A stretch of DNA of 30,130 bases from a virus. Taxonomy: Duplodnaviria > Caudoviricetes. The stretch lies in the IMG/VR virus record IMGVR_UViG_3300026453_000026, positions 1 to 30,130 of that record. One strand, 5' to 3'. Each line of letters opens with the position of its first letter. The stretch's first letter is position 1. Below the pieces are notes generated by a model. The model had not been told where the DNA came from. It saw only the letters and a list, made by a program, of their open reading frames with translations, and ran no database searches. Positions 15,269-23,740 of the stretch are shown piece after piece. A program made the translations under genes and the position numbers.

Positions 15269-17077
15269 TTAGTTTTTGAATTTCATTTTGTTCCAATATT
15301 CAGCAGTATAACCTTTATACTTCATATCCTTTGGTGCTACTGGTACTTTTTGAGCGTTCTTAGGGAATTTAAAACCTTTACTTTTAGCTTGACCACTTGT
15401 TATTTCTGTTTGCTTACCGTTTTTAACCTGATAAGTCTTTCGAAACCACTTATGTTGGCATCGAGCTCCGCCTTTCCAAAGCCAGACCGAATAGCTGTCT
15501 GAGCCACCCTTACCAAAGCCAGGATTTACAGATTTTTTGCCCATTGCTATAATATCTTCTTTGCGATATACTTTATCGGCATCAATCATTTTTTTACAGA
15601 AATCTCTTGAATTGCTACTGTATTTTTTAGGTGCGTATGTATAACGTACTAAAAACTGAACCCCTTTTTGGCTTTCTTGTTTTGATTTTCCGTCTTGTTT
15701 ACTTTTTGACTTTGGTCTAGCAATTCCTGTACTAACAAAATTCCATATCTTAGATAATGTAGTTTCGTCTGGCTCGGTGTTTAAGTCTGTTATAACCTCG
15801 TCTAGTTCATCATTTAATTCATAATCAACCTCGCTCTCATCTACTAAATCATATTCAGCTAGTAGTTCGCTTTCATCTTGACCTAAGTCAATTAAGGCAT
15901 CAGCTATTTTGCTACCTACTTCGTTTGGTAATTCCTTAGCTAATTTAACCCCTGTTTCTTCCTCTCTTGTTTCTGCGTCCTCAACGTTTTCTAAGTCTGT
16001 AAACTCTAACGGTTGAAGCGTTTTAAAGTACAATTTAAGGCTCATTTGGTTGTAAGCTAGTATGCAATCAAAAGCATCTATTAAAAGCGTCTGAAACGGT
16101 CTTATAACGGTGTTATCCATTAAAGTAGAAGCTGTCTTTAATTCGTCTGCATTATTACCTAGTCCACTACTATCTTTAATGCCTAAAAGCATAGGACTAA
16201 CAACTCTATGCCCTACCATTATTTTTTTAGTACATTCATCACTCACATATTGGTACGTATTATGTGCTTCACTTATTTGCAACGTTTCAACAGTTGCTGC
16301 ACTTTCTGAATTATCATTGAAAGCTAAAATGTATTTAGAACCAGAAGTCCCAGTAAATTTATCAGTTATACGGTTTTCTATTGCTTGACGTTCTTCAGCA
16401 TTTGGTGTTCCGTTATTAAACTGGATTAAAGTATTAGGACTGAAAGAATTAACGGTATTGTTGAGATGATATATTGACACCTGTTGTTCTGTTTCACACC
16501 AATTTAAAATACCTTGATAATCTGGACTTGAATAGTATTTATATCCAGCTCTGTAAGGTTTTACATATATAATCTCAATATTTTCTGTACTACAACCAAA
16601 AGACGGTATTCTAGTTGTGTGACCTACGTTTTTAACCTTAGACCAATCATCTGCATAGTAATACGCTTCTATTTCGCCTTTTTCGTTACATTTTTCAGCT
16701 CTTAAATTTTCAACAGGAATATGCTCAACTTGTGCAATAGTTTTGCGGTCTTTACTGTAAATAACTTGCATAGCACATTGACCCATAAGTTTAAGGTCAT
16801 AGCATAATTTACGAACCATATCTTTATGGAACAAAGAAATCATTTTAGCGTACTGCTCTGGCTTTTTATTTGAATTTAAAGCATCTAGTCCACGCCCGTA
16901 AATCATCTCACTAATTCCGTTAATAATAGCGTTATTTGTTGGGCTACCATTGTAACGGTCAATTAAATACTTAAAATAGTTATTGTCAGAGCCATAAGAA
17001 ACCCATTCTTTATTGGATTTCTCAACGATATCTGGCGTTGTGTAAGTACTTAAATTTACTATTCTTAAATCGTTCAT
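15269..17077 (-). CDS. Portal protein with C-terminal extension
   Basis: Portal-like N-terminal ~380 aa (SPTNNAII, KIMVGHRV.SP.LLGI, IRPFQ); Cys/His-containing C-terminal domain. Confidence 0.75.
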   Translation of the reverse strand: MNDLRIVNLSTYTTPDIVEKSNKEWVSYGSDNNYFKYLIDRYNGSPTNNAIINGISEMIYGRGLDALNSNKKPEQYAKMISLFHKDMVRKLCYDLKLMGQCAMQVIYSKDRKTIAQVEHIPVENLRAEKCNEKGEIEAYYYADDWSKVKNVGHTTRIPSFGCSTENIEIIYVKPYRAGYKYYSSPDYQGILNWCETEQQVSIYHLNNTVNSFSPNTLIQFNNGTPNAEERQAIENRITDKFTGTSGSKYILAFNDNSESAATVETLQISEAHNTYQYVSDECTKKIMVGHRVVSPMLLGIKDSSGLGNNADELKTASTLMDNTVIRPFQTLLIDAFDCILAYNQMSLKLYFKTLQPLEFTDLENVEDAETREEETGVKLAKELPNEVGSKIADALIDLGQDESELLAEYDLVDESEVDYELNDELDEVITDLNTEPDETTLSKIWNFVSTGIARPKSKSKQDGKSKQESQKGVQFLVRYTYAPKKYSSNSRDFCKKMIDADKVYRKEDIIAMGKKSVNPGFGKGGSDSYSVWLWKGGARCQHKWFRKTYQVKNGKQTEITSGQAKSKGFKFPKNAQKVPVAPKDMKYKGYTAEYWNKMKFKN

Positions 17078-17079
17078 AT

Positions 17080-17430
17080 TTATATTATTATAAATTCGTT
17101 ATCCGAACTTTCTTCACTTATATACTTGTCTTTATTAACGCTGTAATATTCATCATTACTTTGATTAATTGCTTGGTCTGTGCAAAAAATCTTATCTTTA
17201 TAAATTATATTGTTTAAATAACTAACATCTAATATATAAAAATCGCTTTCAGTTAAAGCACCAAAAACAGCATCAAAAGAAATATAATTACCGTCAATTA
17301 CTGATGTAGCATCAACCGTTATAGAAACGTTTGTACTTTCGCTAGTCAATTTTAAGTTCAAAGTACCTACCGTAAATTCTCTAGGAATTATTTTAAAGGT
17401 TTTGTTTCCGCTTGTGTTAATTAACTTCAT
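17080..17430 (-). CDS. Hypothetical structural protein
   Basis: Beta-rich 116 aa ORF heading the portal operon. Confidence 0.7.
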   Translation of the reverse strand: MKLINTSGNKTFKIIPREFTVGTLNLKLTSESTNVSITVDATSVIDGNYISFDAVFGALTESDFYILDVSYLNNIIYKDKIFCTDQAINQSNDEYYSVNKDKYISEESSDNEFIII

Positions 17431-17434
17431 ATTA

Positions 17435-17461
17435 ATATATAAATAAAAAACAAATATTTTG
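17435..17461 (-). promoter_or_regulatory. Putative late promoter CAAAATA-N12-TTATATAT-TAAT-ATG
   Basis: Shared motif and spacing; lies just downstream of a terminator. Confidence 0.7.
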
Positions 17462-17475
17462 TATTGTGTAGGTAT

Positions 17476-17505
17476 AAAAAAAGGGCTATCCGTTAAGATA
17501 ACCCC
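17476..17505 (-). terminator. Intrinsic terminator after the tail tube gene
   Basis: GGGTTATC-TTAACG-GATAGCCC then T7. Confidence 0.85.
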
Positions 17506-17527
17506 ATTTTACAAGTAAAAGTATTAA

Positions 17528-18061
17528 TTATGGTGCTGGAGGTGTTGGATTGATTGGTGACGTACTGTCATCATCTGGCAAACCATCTAAGAAGAAAGGT
17601 GGCTCATTTTCTTGAGCTACTAATGTAAGTGTGAAACCACTTAAATCTCCCATTGCAGCACCGGTCACAATTGTACCACCGTTTACTTCTGCACCGTTAT
17701 TTTTACCGATTAGAAACGCATTACCGTTGTAATCCTCTATTACTATTTGTGGGCGTCCTCTAGAAAGCAATTTAATTTGTTCTTGAGTTGCTATATCTAA
17801 AAAAGTAAATGTAGCATTTAAAGTTGTTTCAAAGAATGTCGTTCCGTTCTCTCTGCTGCTAGTTATAGCAGTTTCAAGGCTTGAATTACCTTTGACCTCA
17901 TATTTATAAAATTCTTCAGATGCATTTAATGTAATCAATCCAGTTCCGTCTGGTTGTAATGCTGCTGTTACATCGCTATAAGGAGCGAAAAAAATGTTAC
18001 GTATCCCGCCTACTGACGATTTACACGGAATTTTCCTTCCGTTTGTTACTGAACAAGCCAT
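17528..18061 (-). CDS. Putative major tail tube protein
   Basis: 177 aa beta-rich protein after the capsid gene with its own terminator; C..SVGGI...SRENGT.FFE...GFTLTL pattern. Confidence 0.55.
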   Translation of the reverse strand: MACSVTNGRKIPCKSSVGGIRNIFFAPYSDVTAALQPDGTGLITLNASEEFYKYEVKGNSSLETAITSSRENGTTFFETTLNATFTFLDIATQEQIKLLSRGRPQIVIEDYNGNAFLIGKNNGAEVNGGTIVTGAAMGDLSGFTLTLVAQENEPPFFLDGLPDDDSTSPINPTPPAP

Positions 18062-18081
18062 ATTTTAAAAGTTTTTTTAAT

Positions 18082-18113
18082 AAAAAAGGGTAGGCAATTT
18101 TACCCACCCTTTT
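18082..18113 (-). terminator. Intrinsic terminator after the capsid gene
   Basis: GGGTGGGT-AAAATT-GCCTACCC then T6. Confidence 0.85.
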
Positions 18114-18132
18114 AAATTTGATTAGTTAATTA

Positions 18133-19068
18133 TTATGCAGTTTTTCTGAAAACGATGTCAGATACTTGTGCGTAAGCCACGCCACTAGTAAATCTCATTA
18201 CTACACGAACATTCTGTGAGCCGTCATTCTCTGCCATATCAATAACTCGTACTTCGTTCAAGTCATTTAAAAGACCTGTTCCAAAGAATAAGTTTGATTT
18301 TTCAGCTGCGATAATAGTACCGTCAGCAGCACCTCTTGCAGCTACAACTGGAATTCCGTCAAAGAATAAAGAACCTAAAGACTGGTTGTTTCCTTTGTTT
18401 TCGTAACCGTTTGCACCCTCGCCACCAGATTGGAAGCCACCTAAAGCACGTGTGTAAGCTCTAATTACATCAGAAGCAGCATAGATAAGTAAATCTTCAG
18501 AACCATATACAGCTGTAGGAATAGCGTCTGCAACAGCACCTAGTTCAGAAATTACATTTGCCGATGTAATAGCAGCACCTGTTAAATCTTGACCAGCTGG
18601 TAAATCTCCGTCTGCATCTAATAAAGTTCCGAAACCGTTAAACTGTCCGCTAGTTCCTGTATCTCCTGACCAGATATTTTTTTCTGTTCTGTCAGCTACT
18701 TTTGCAGCAACGTGAGCCAATACGAAATCAGCAAAGTTTGGTGCTAAGTTGTCAAAAGCACTGTAACCCATTTGCTCAGCTTCCCAAGAAGAATGTAATG
18801 TTTTCTTACAAATGTCAAGGTTTACTTGAAATTCTTCTGGTTGTAGAATAGCTTCTGTTAAAGTTAGCGTTCCTTGGTCTGTTTGAAAGTCGCAAGTTGC
18901 ATCTTTTACGATGTCGTCAGTTGATGCTTTCTGAATTACAGATTTAAATTTTACGTTTGGCATTACGGTAATTAACCCTTTATCCAAAGTGTCAGCAGAT
19001 AGTAAAGCAGCAGCGATATACTTGCCACTAAATTCTCCAGCATAAGTTGTTGTTAATGATACACTCAT
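18133..19068 (-). CDS. Major capsid protein
   Basis: 311 aa, follows the scaffold, followed by a terminator; IWSGD...FNGF pattern typical of HK97-fold capsids. Confidence 0.8.
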   Translation of the reverse strand: MSVSLTTTYAGEFSGKYIAAALLSADTLDKGLITVMPNVKFKSVIQKASTDDIVKDATCDFQTDQGTLTLTEAILQPEEFQVNLDICKKTLHSSWEAEQMGYSAFDNLAPNFADFVLAHVAAKVADRTEKNIWSGDTGTSGQFNGFGTLLDADGDLPAGQDLTGAAITSANVISELGAVADAIPTAVYGSEDLLIYAASDVIRAYTRALGGFQSGGEGANGYENKGNNQSLGSLFFDGIPVVAARGAADGTIIAAEKSNLFFGTGLLNDLNEVRVIDMAENDGSQNVRVVMRFTSGVAYAQVSDIVFRKTA

Positions 19069-19090
19069 TTTATTTAGTTTTTAGTTGTTA

Positions 19091-19711
19091 TTAATTGTTT
19101 AGTCTTGACATTACTCGGTCAATAGTAGTGCTTTTTCTGTTTTTAGAAACACTAAATTTCGAGATTGTTTTATGTACTTCTGGGTTTGATACGATAGGCT
19201 CTGCGCTTGGCTCGTTTAATTCAGCTTGTACTTCAACAGGAATTTCGTTTAGTTCCACTTTTTCGTGTTTAGCTAATTCCTCTGTTAAAAGATTTCCTAA
19301 GTCATCAGCACTTAAATCTTCTTTTGGTTCTAGCATTGCTTTGATTTCTTCAATCATATCTTTAACCTCTGCTAGTTCTTCTTTAGTAGCATAACCCATT
19401 TCTTCTTTTTCTTCTTCTTTTGCTTCAACCTCTTCAACCTCTTCTTCGGTTTCTTCTTCAGCTTCAGCGTCTTTGATTTCAGAAATAAGACCCTCTTCGG
19501 CAACTACTAATATTTTACCGTCCTCCAATGCATACTCGCCAATAGGCAAAGCAACTTTCTCATCTTCTGTAACGATAAAAACTTCTTTTCCACTTTCAAA
19601 CGCATCAGCCTCAATGACTGTACCGTTGTCTAGTTTAGCCTGTTCTAACTTAACTTCTTCGTTTAAGTTTAGAACGTCTTTGATTTTTTCTATCACGTTG
19701 TTTGATTTCAT
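19091..19711 (-). CDS. Scaffolding protein-like
   Basis: Very acidic, helical, immediately upstream of the capsid gene. Confidence 0.65.
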   Translation of the reverse strand: MKSNNVIEKIKDVLNLNEEVKLEQAKLDNGTVIEADAFESGKEVFIVTEDEKVALPIGEYALEDGKILVVAEEGLISEIKDAEAEEETEEEVEEVEAKEEEKEEMGYATKEELAEVKDMIEEIKAMLEPKEDLSADDLGNLLTEELAKHEKVELNEIPVEVQAELNEPSAEPIVSNPEVHKTISKFSVSKNRKSTTIDRVMSRLNN

Positions 19712-19715
19712 ACTT

Positions 19716-19742
19716 ATATATAATTTAGATTAATTTAATTTG
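19716..19742 (-). promoter_or_regulatory. Putative late promoter CAAATTA-N12-TTATATAT-AAGT-ATG
   Basis: Shared motif and spacing. Confidence 0.7.
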
Positions 19743-19750
19743 TATTTTCG

Positions 19751-20200
19751 TTATGCTTTTTTCTGAATTATGAACCACTGCTCCCCATCACTCCATACTT
19801 GTATGCCCTCATACGCTTTGTTAATTACATAAGCACTTGAAGAACCGTCCAAAGTATCTCCACCAATAGGGGTTAGATTAGTTCTTGTAGCAGTCGCATA
19901 TCCACCGTTTGAAATAAACCTTATAATTCTATTTTGACTACTAGCAGCACTAGGCAAATTAAGTGTCATATCTCCGTTCGCACCCTCCCAAGTTAAACGA
20001 ACTAAAATAGTGTTTTGATATTCTGCATCGCTTAAATTCACAGTAGTATCTTTAACAACTGTTAAGCTAGTAGGTATAATGTAATTATGTAAGTCGTTTA
20101 ATGTGGTTTGTTTAGTATCTCCGTTTTGAACTATTGCAAACAATTCGCCACCCTGTAATTCAGTTGCTATTGGTAATGCACTTATTTTTGAGTTTGCCAT
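19751..20200 (-). CDS. Putative head fibre/decoration protein
   Basis: N-terminal KISALP motif; LNLPSA...DTLDG...SDGEQWFI fibre-like domain; in the head module. Confidence 0.55.
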   Translation of the reverse strand: MANSKISALPIATELQGGELFAIVQNGDTKQTTLNDLHNYIIPTSLTVVKDTTVNLSDAEYQNTILVRLTWEGANGDMTLNLPSAASSQNRIIRFISNGGYATATRTNLTPIGGDTLDGSSSAYVINKAYEGIQVWSDGEQWFIIQKKA

Positions 20201-20418
20201 TATCTATTTAATTTATAATTATTTTCTTGTAATAAAAAATTACCGTTTTCTAAAAGTATAAAGTTTTCATTTTTAGACATTTCCCCTATACCTTGTGCTA
20301 TTATATCTCCATTACAGCATTCAATAGAATAAGCGTCCCTATCTCTACATAAGCAACCTCTACGACCGTTTCTAGGACTTGTTTTGCTTGGTGTAAATAG
20401 TTTTTTAAATAAAGTCAT
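20200..20418 (-). CDS. Small Cys-rich structural protein
   Basis: RRGCLC...YSIECCNG..AQGIG; C-terminal LLENGNFLLQE motif. Confidence 0.7.
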   Translation of the reverse strand: MTLFKKLFTPSKTSPRNGRRGCLCRDRDAYSIECCNGDIIAQGIGEMSKNENFILLENGNFLLQENNYKLNR

Positions 20419-20438
20419 TGTGTTGCTACCGCATTTAA

Positions 20439-20795
20439 TTATATATATCTTTTAGCTTTATTTATTTGTTTTTCAGCATAACCCAAAGACTGTTTGGCTT
20501 CTTTATAATTTGGTACTTGACTAACATTAACGCCTAAATCCTTTGCCATTCTTTCTGCAAGTTCTAAACCTTTATTTACTCTGTTTAAATCACTTTTTAA
20601 ATCTTCACTATCTACTTTTAAAGACCTTAAAGATTTTTCTATTAAATCTAAACTAATATCAATATTTTTTCCAAAGTTTTTTATTCCTTTTGCATAGGAT
20701 AAAAGTCTTTGTATATCATCTGCTAATTCAACTTTTTTAGGCTCTTGCTTTGCTAAATACTCGTTAATTAATTTCAATGCTTTTTCTTTACTCAT
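20439..20795 (-). CDS. Helical protein, candidate capsid-internal cargo
   Basis: N-terminal segment ending in KKVELA; follows the protease. Confidence 0.6.
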   Translation of the reverse strand: MSKEKALKLINEYLAKQEPKKVELADDIQRLLSYAKGIKNFGKNIDISLDLIEKSLRSLKVDSEDLKSDLNRVNKGLELAERMAKDLGVNVSQVPNYKEAKQSLGYAEKQINKAKRYI

Positions 20796-20796
20796 T

Positions 20797-21741
20797 TTAT
20801 TTATTATTTAGTTCGTTTAATTTACTTTCTGCCCACGTTTTAGCCGATTTACCACCCCATAATAAAAAAGAGATAGTTCCACAAGCTTTTGTATCTTCTG
20901 GCTTGTAATACGCTTCTGCTCTTGACAAATAAGAGTACATTCTTTTTATTGTTTCTTTGCTGATTGGTTTACCTTGTGCTAATTGTTGAGCCCTTACCTT
21001 GCCAACTTGTGTAGCACATTTATTATTAACTTCTTCATTAAGTTTTAAACCTCTTTTAGCGTTGTTACTTACTGAATTAGGATAGTCTGAATAGCTCTCT
21101 AAAACCATTTTTTTGCCACCCTTAACACGCTTATCGTTTTTAATAATAGCTTTTATTTCGCCTAGTAAGTATTCTGCTTCTTCTTCTTCTATTTGTGCAA
21201 GTTCGTCTTTTATTGTTTGGTCGTTTGGACGTTCCATTTTATCAGCGAAATATCCCTCTATACTAAAACCTTTTACTTTGCCAGTCTTAACAAACTCGTT
21301 CCATATTTGGTCATTGTTTACTTTAACACTACCAACCCACGACCCCAGAGGTAAATCCATTCCGTACTTTACGCTTTTATCGTGTACTTTATCTTCTACA
21401 ATCCAACTTTCAACTAAACTTAAACCCTCTAATTCGTGTTGATGCTCAAGTGTTGAGTTGTTCTGTTTGCTATTCATTAAATACATTTGACTAGCTTTTA
21501 AGACAGTATCTTTTGAAAAATATATATAATACTCATCTTCGCCATTACGTCTGTAAATAGGCTTGTTAGGTATTAATAAAGCACCCATTAATATTCTACG
21601 CTCTCCGTCTATTTCAGCAAGTTTAAACTCTTGGCTTTTTAAAGCGACAAAATCTTCTTCAATAGCTGGGTTTTCAACTACGCTTATAGCTTCAATTCCT
21701 AGTTCGCTTTCTTCGTCTAATATTAATTCGACTATTCTCAT
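20797..21741 (-). CDS. Prohead protease (XkdF/S78-like) with extra C-terminal domain
   Basis: AISVVENPAIE, STLEH, VESWIV, VKGFSIEG. Confidence 0.8.
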   Translation of the reverse strand: MRIVELILDEESELGIEAISVVENPAIEEDFVALKSQEFKLAEIDGERRILMGALLIPNKPIYRRNGEDEYYIYFSKDTVLKASQMYLMNSKQNNSTLEHQHELEGLSLVESWIVEDKVHDKSVKYGMDLPLGSWVGSVKVNNDQIWNEFVKTGKVKGFSIEGYFADKMERPNDQTIKDELAQIEEEEAEYLLGEIKAIIKNDKRVKGGKKMVLESYSDYPNSVSNNAKRGLKLNEEVNNKCATQVGKVRAQQLAQGKPISKETIKRMYSYLSRAEAYYKPEDTKACGTISFLLWGGKSAKTWAESKLNELNNK

Positions 21742-21745
21742 AATA

Positions 21746-21772
21746 ATATATAATTAAATTTATTTATTTTTG
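21746..21772 (-). promoter_or_regulatory. Putative late promoter CAAAAAT-N12-TTATATAT-TATT-ATG
   Basis: Shared motif and spacing. Confidence 0.65.
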
Positions 21773-21776
21773 TTTT

Positions 21777-23609
21777 TTATATTGTCGCTCCTTCAACTAT
21801 ATTGTTTTCTAAACTTTGTGCTGTTGTTACATCGTTTGAAACTACATAAGCCTGTACTGGTTCTTGTGTTTGTTCTGCAACTGTGTCAGCTAAAACGCTT
21901 GTTTCACTTGAACCTACAACGTTAAAACTTGGGGGAGCTGGAGCAGCACCGCCACTAGGAACAGAACCACCACCACCGCCACTTCCACCGCTAGTCTTAG
22001 GAACTTTAACGCTTACTATTTTTTGAACATTTTTAAGTCCATTACCTAAAATTGCAGCAGCATTTACAAACTTTAAAGCGGTTTCAAAAGGCGTAACTGT
22101 CTTAGCTGCTAAGGCATCAGAAACTCCTCTATAAGTGTTTATAGTTGCACTAGCAATGGCTAAACCTTTTCCGGCTGCTGTTTGTTCTCCAGCTAAAGCA
22201 CCTAAAGAATTTAAAGCGTTTTCTGTATTGGCTAAGTTTTTGCTTTTTGCTTCTGCCTCTGCCTTTGAAATACCCACCTTTGCATCAGAAATTTGTTTAT
22301 CTCTTTCTAAATTAGTTTGTCTTGACTGTTCGTTAAATTCGTCAAGAGCAATTTGAGCATCTACTTTGGCTTGTGTTTCTGCATTTGCGTTATCAACAAT
22401 AGCCTGTAGTCTTAACCCCTCTTGTTCGGCTTCTAGTAAATCAATTTCTTTTAAGGCTTCTAAACGTGCTAATTCATCTTCTATTTGTTCAGCATTAAAT
22501 CGTTTACGTTCTATTGATAAATTACTTTCGCTTTCTGTTTTTGAGTTTGTGAGTTCTATTTGCTCTCTGTCAAGTGCTAAATCGTTTGCTTTTTGTTCTG
22601 AACGAAAACCCTCTATTTGTGCTAAAACCCCTAACCTATTTGCTAATGCTTCTGTGACCGCTACTTGGTTTTCAATAGAATTATTTTTAGCTGCTTCTGC
22701 TTGTGCAGATTTGAGTTGAGCATCTGCGGTTGCTAACATTGCTTTTTCTTGCTGTTCTAAAACAAGTAAAAGTTCGTCATTTGCTTTTTTACGTTCGCTT
22801 ATACTGTTACGTTCTTCGTCACGTATTTGTCTTAGTTGCTCTGCTTGTCTATCGTATTTTTCAACTAAAAGACTTTGTTGTGCTGCTGCAATTTCGGCTG
22901 CATTTGCTAGTTTAACATTTTCTTGTGCTGCTTTTATTGTATTCTTGCCATATTCAACAACAGAATTACCTAAATCTTTTAATTTTTCAACTGTACCGTC
23001 AAAACTATTATCAACACCTGTGAAAACATCAACAGTTTGCTTACCAGCCTCTTTAATTGTTTCAAACGCTCCTTTAAAGTCACCTTTTATTAGTTTCATA
23101 AAGGAGTTACCTATTAGACCTGTAACTTGAACTAACTCATTAAATCTTACAATTATTCCATCATAAATACTTTTTCCAAAATCTTTTATAGCTTGTACGG
23201 GGTCATTAAATATAGCTTTAAATGTATCAACTACACCCCCAGCATTATCAAATATAAAATTAAAAAAATCATTAAATGCAATACTTAAAAATTCAAAAGT
23301 TGTATTAAATAGGTCTAATACTTTTTGATTTTTTTCTCCTACACTTTTAAAGAATTCAAATGCTTTACTTAGTAAAAAGAAAACACCAGCACCAGAACCG
23401 ATTGATTTTAATGTTTTACCAACTTTATTAACTCCTTTGGATGCTTTTTCAGAGCCTTCTTTAACTCCCTCAAAACCATCTTCTGTTGTTTTTTGAAATT
23501 TATTAAAGGTTTGATTTAATTCTTTTATAGCATCTGCAAGTTTATCAAAACCTTTTTCTGCACCTTTGCTATCAACATTAATATCGACTGTTTTTTCTAT
23601 TCTTGCCAT
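21777..23609 (-). CDS. Tape measure protein
   Basis: 610 aa, Ala/Gly-rich amphipathic and coiled-coil segments. Confidence 0.75.
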   Translation of the reverse strand: MARIEKTVDINVDSKGAEKGFDKLADAIKELNQTFNKFQKTTEDGFEGVKEGSEKASKGVNKVGKTLKSIGSGAGVFFLLSKAFEFFKSVGEKNQKVLDLFNTTFEFLSIAFNDFFNFIFDNAGGVVDTFKAIFNDPVQAIKDFGKSIYDGIIVRFNELVQVTGLIGNSFMKLIKGDFKGAFETIKEAGKQTVDVFTGVDNSFDGTVEKLKDLGNSVVEYGKNTIKAAQENVKLANAAEIAAAQQSLLVEKYDRQAEQLRQIRDEERNSISERKKANDELLLVLEQQEKAMLATADAQLKSAQAEAAKNNSIENQVAVTEALANRLGVLAQIEGFRSEQKANDLALDREQIELTNSKTESESNLSIERKRFNAEQIEDELARLEALKEIDLLEAEQEGLRLQAIVDNANAETQAKVDAQIALDEFNEQSRQTNLERDKQISDAKVGISKAEAEAKSKNLANTENALNSLGALAGEQTAAGKGLAIASATINTYRGVSDALAAKTVTPFETALKFVNAAAILGNGLKNVQKIVSVKVPKTSGGSGGGGGSVPSGGAAPAPPSFNVVGSSETSVLADTVAEQTQEPVQAYVVSNDVTTAQSLENNIVEGATI

Positions 23610-23740
23610 TTTAATTCTTGTTTTAACGCTTTGTAACCCTCTTTAATTGTTGTAGGTAGTTTGTATTTACCTTGTGCTATTCGCAAATTTTCGGTTTCTC
23701 CGTTTGCGTACTTTAAACTTTCTATTATTAATTTTATCAT
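23597..23740 (-). CDS. 47 aa small protein, not in ORF track
   Basis: MIKLIIESLKYANGETENLRIAQGKYKLPTTIKEGYKALKQELKWQE; overlaps both neighbours. Confidence 0.7.
   Translation of the reverse strand: MIKLIIESLKYANGETENLRIAQGKYKLPTTIKEGYKALKQELKWQE

Noticed and set aside
16330-16520. Possibly divergent patch within the portal gene (homing-endonuclease-resistant allele)
   Set aside because: Based only on recollection of homologues; cannot be supported without an alignment
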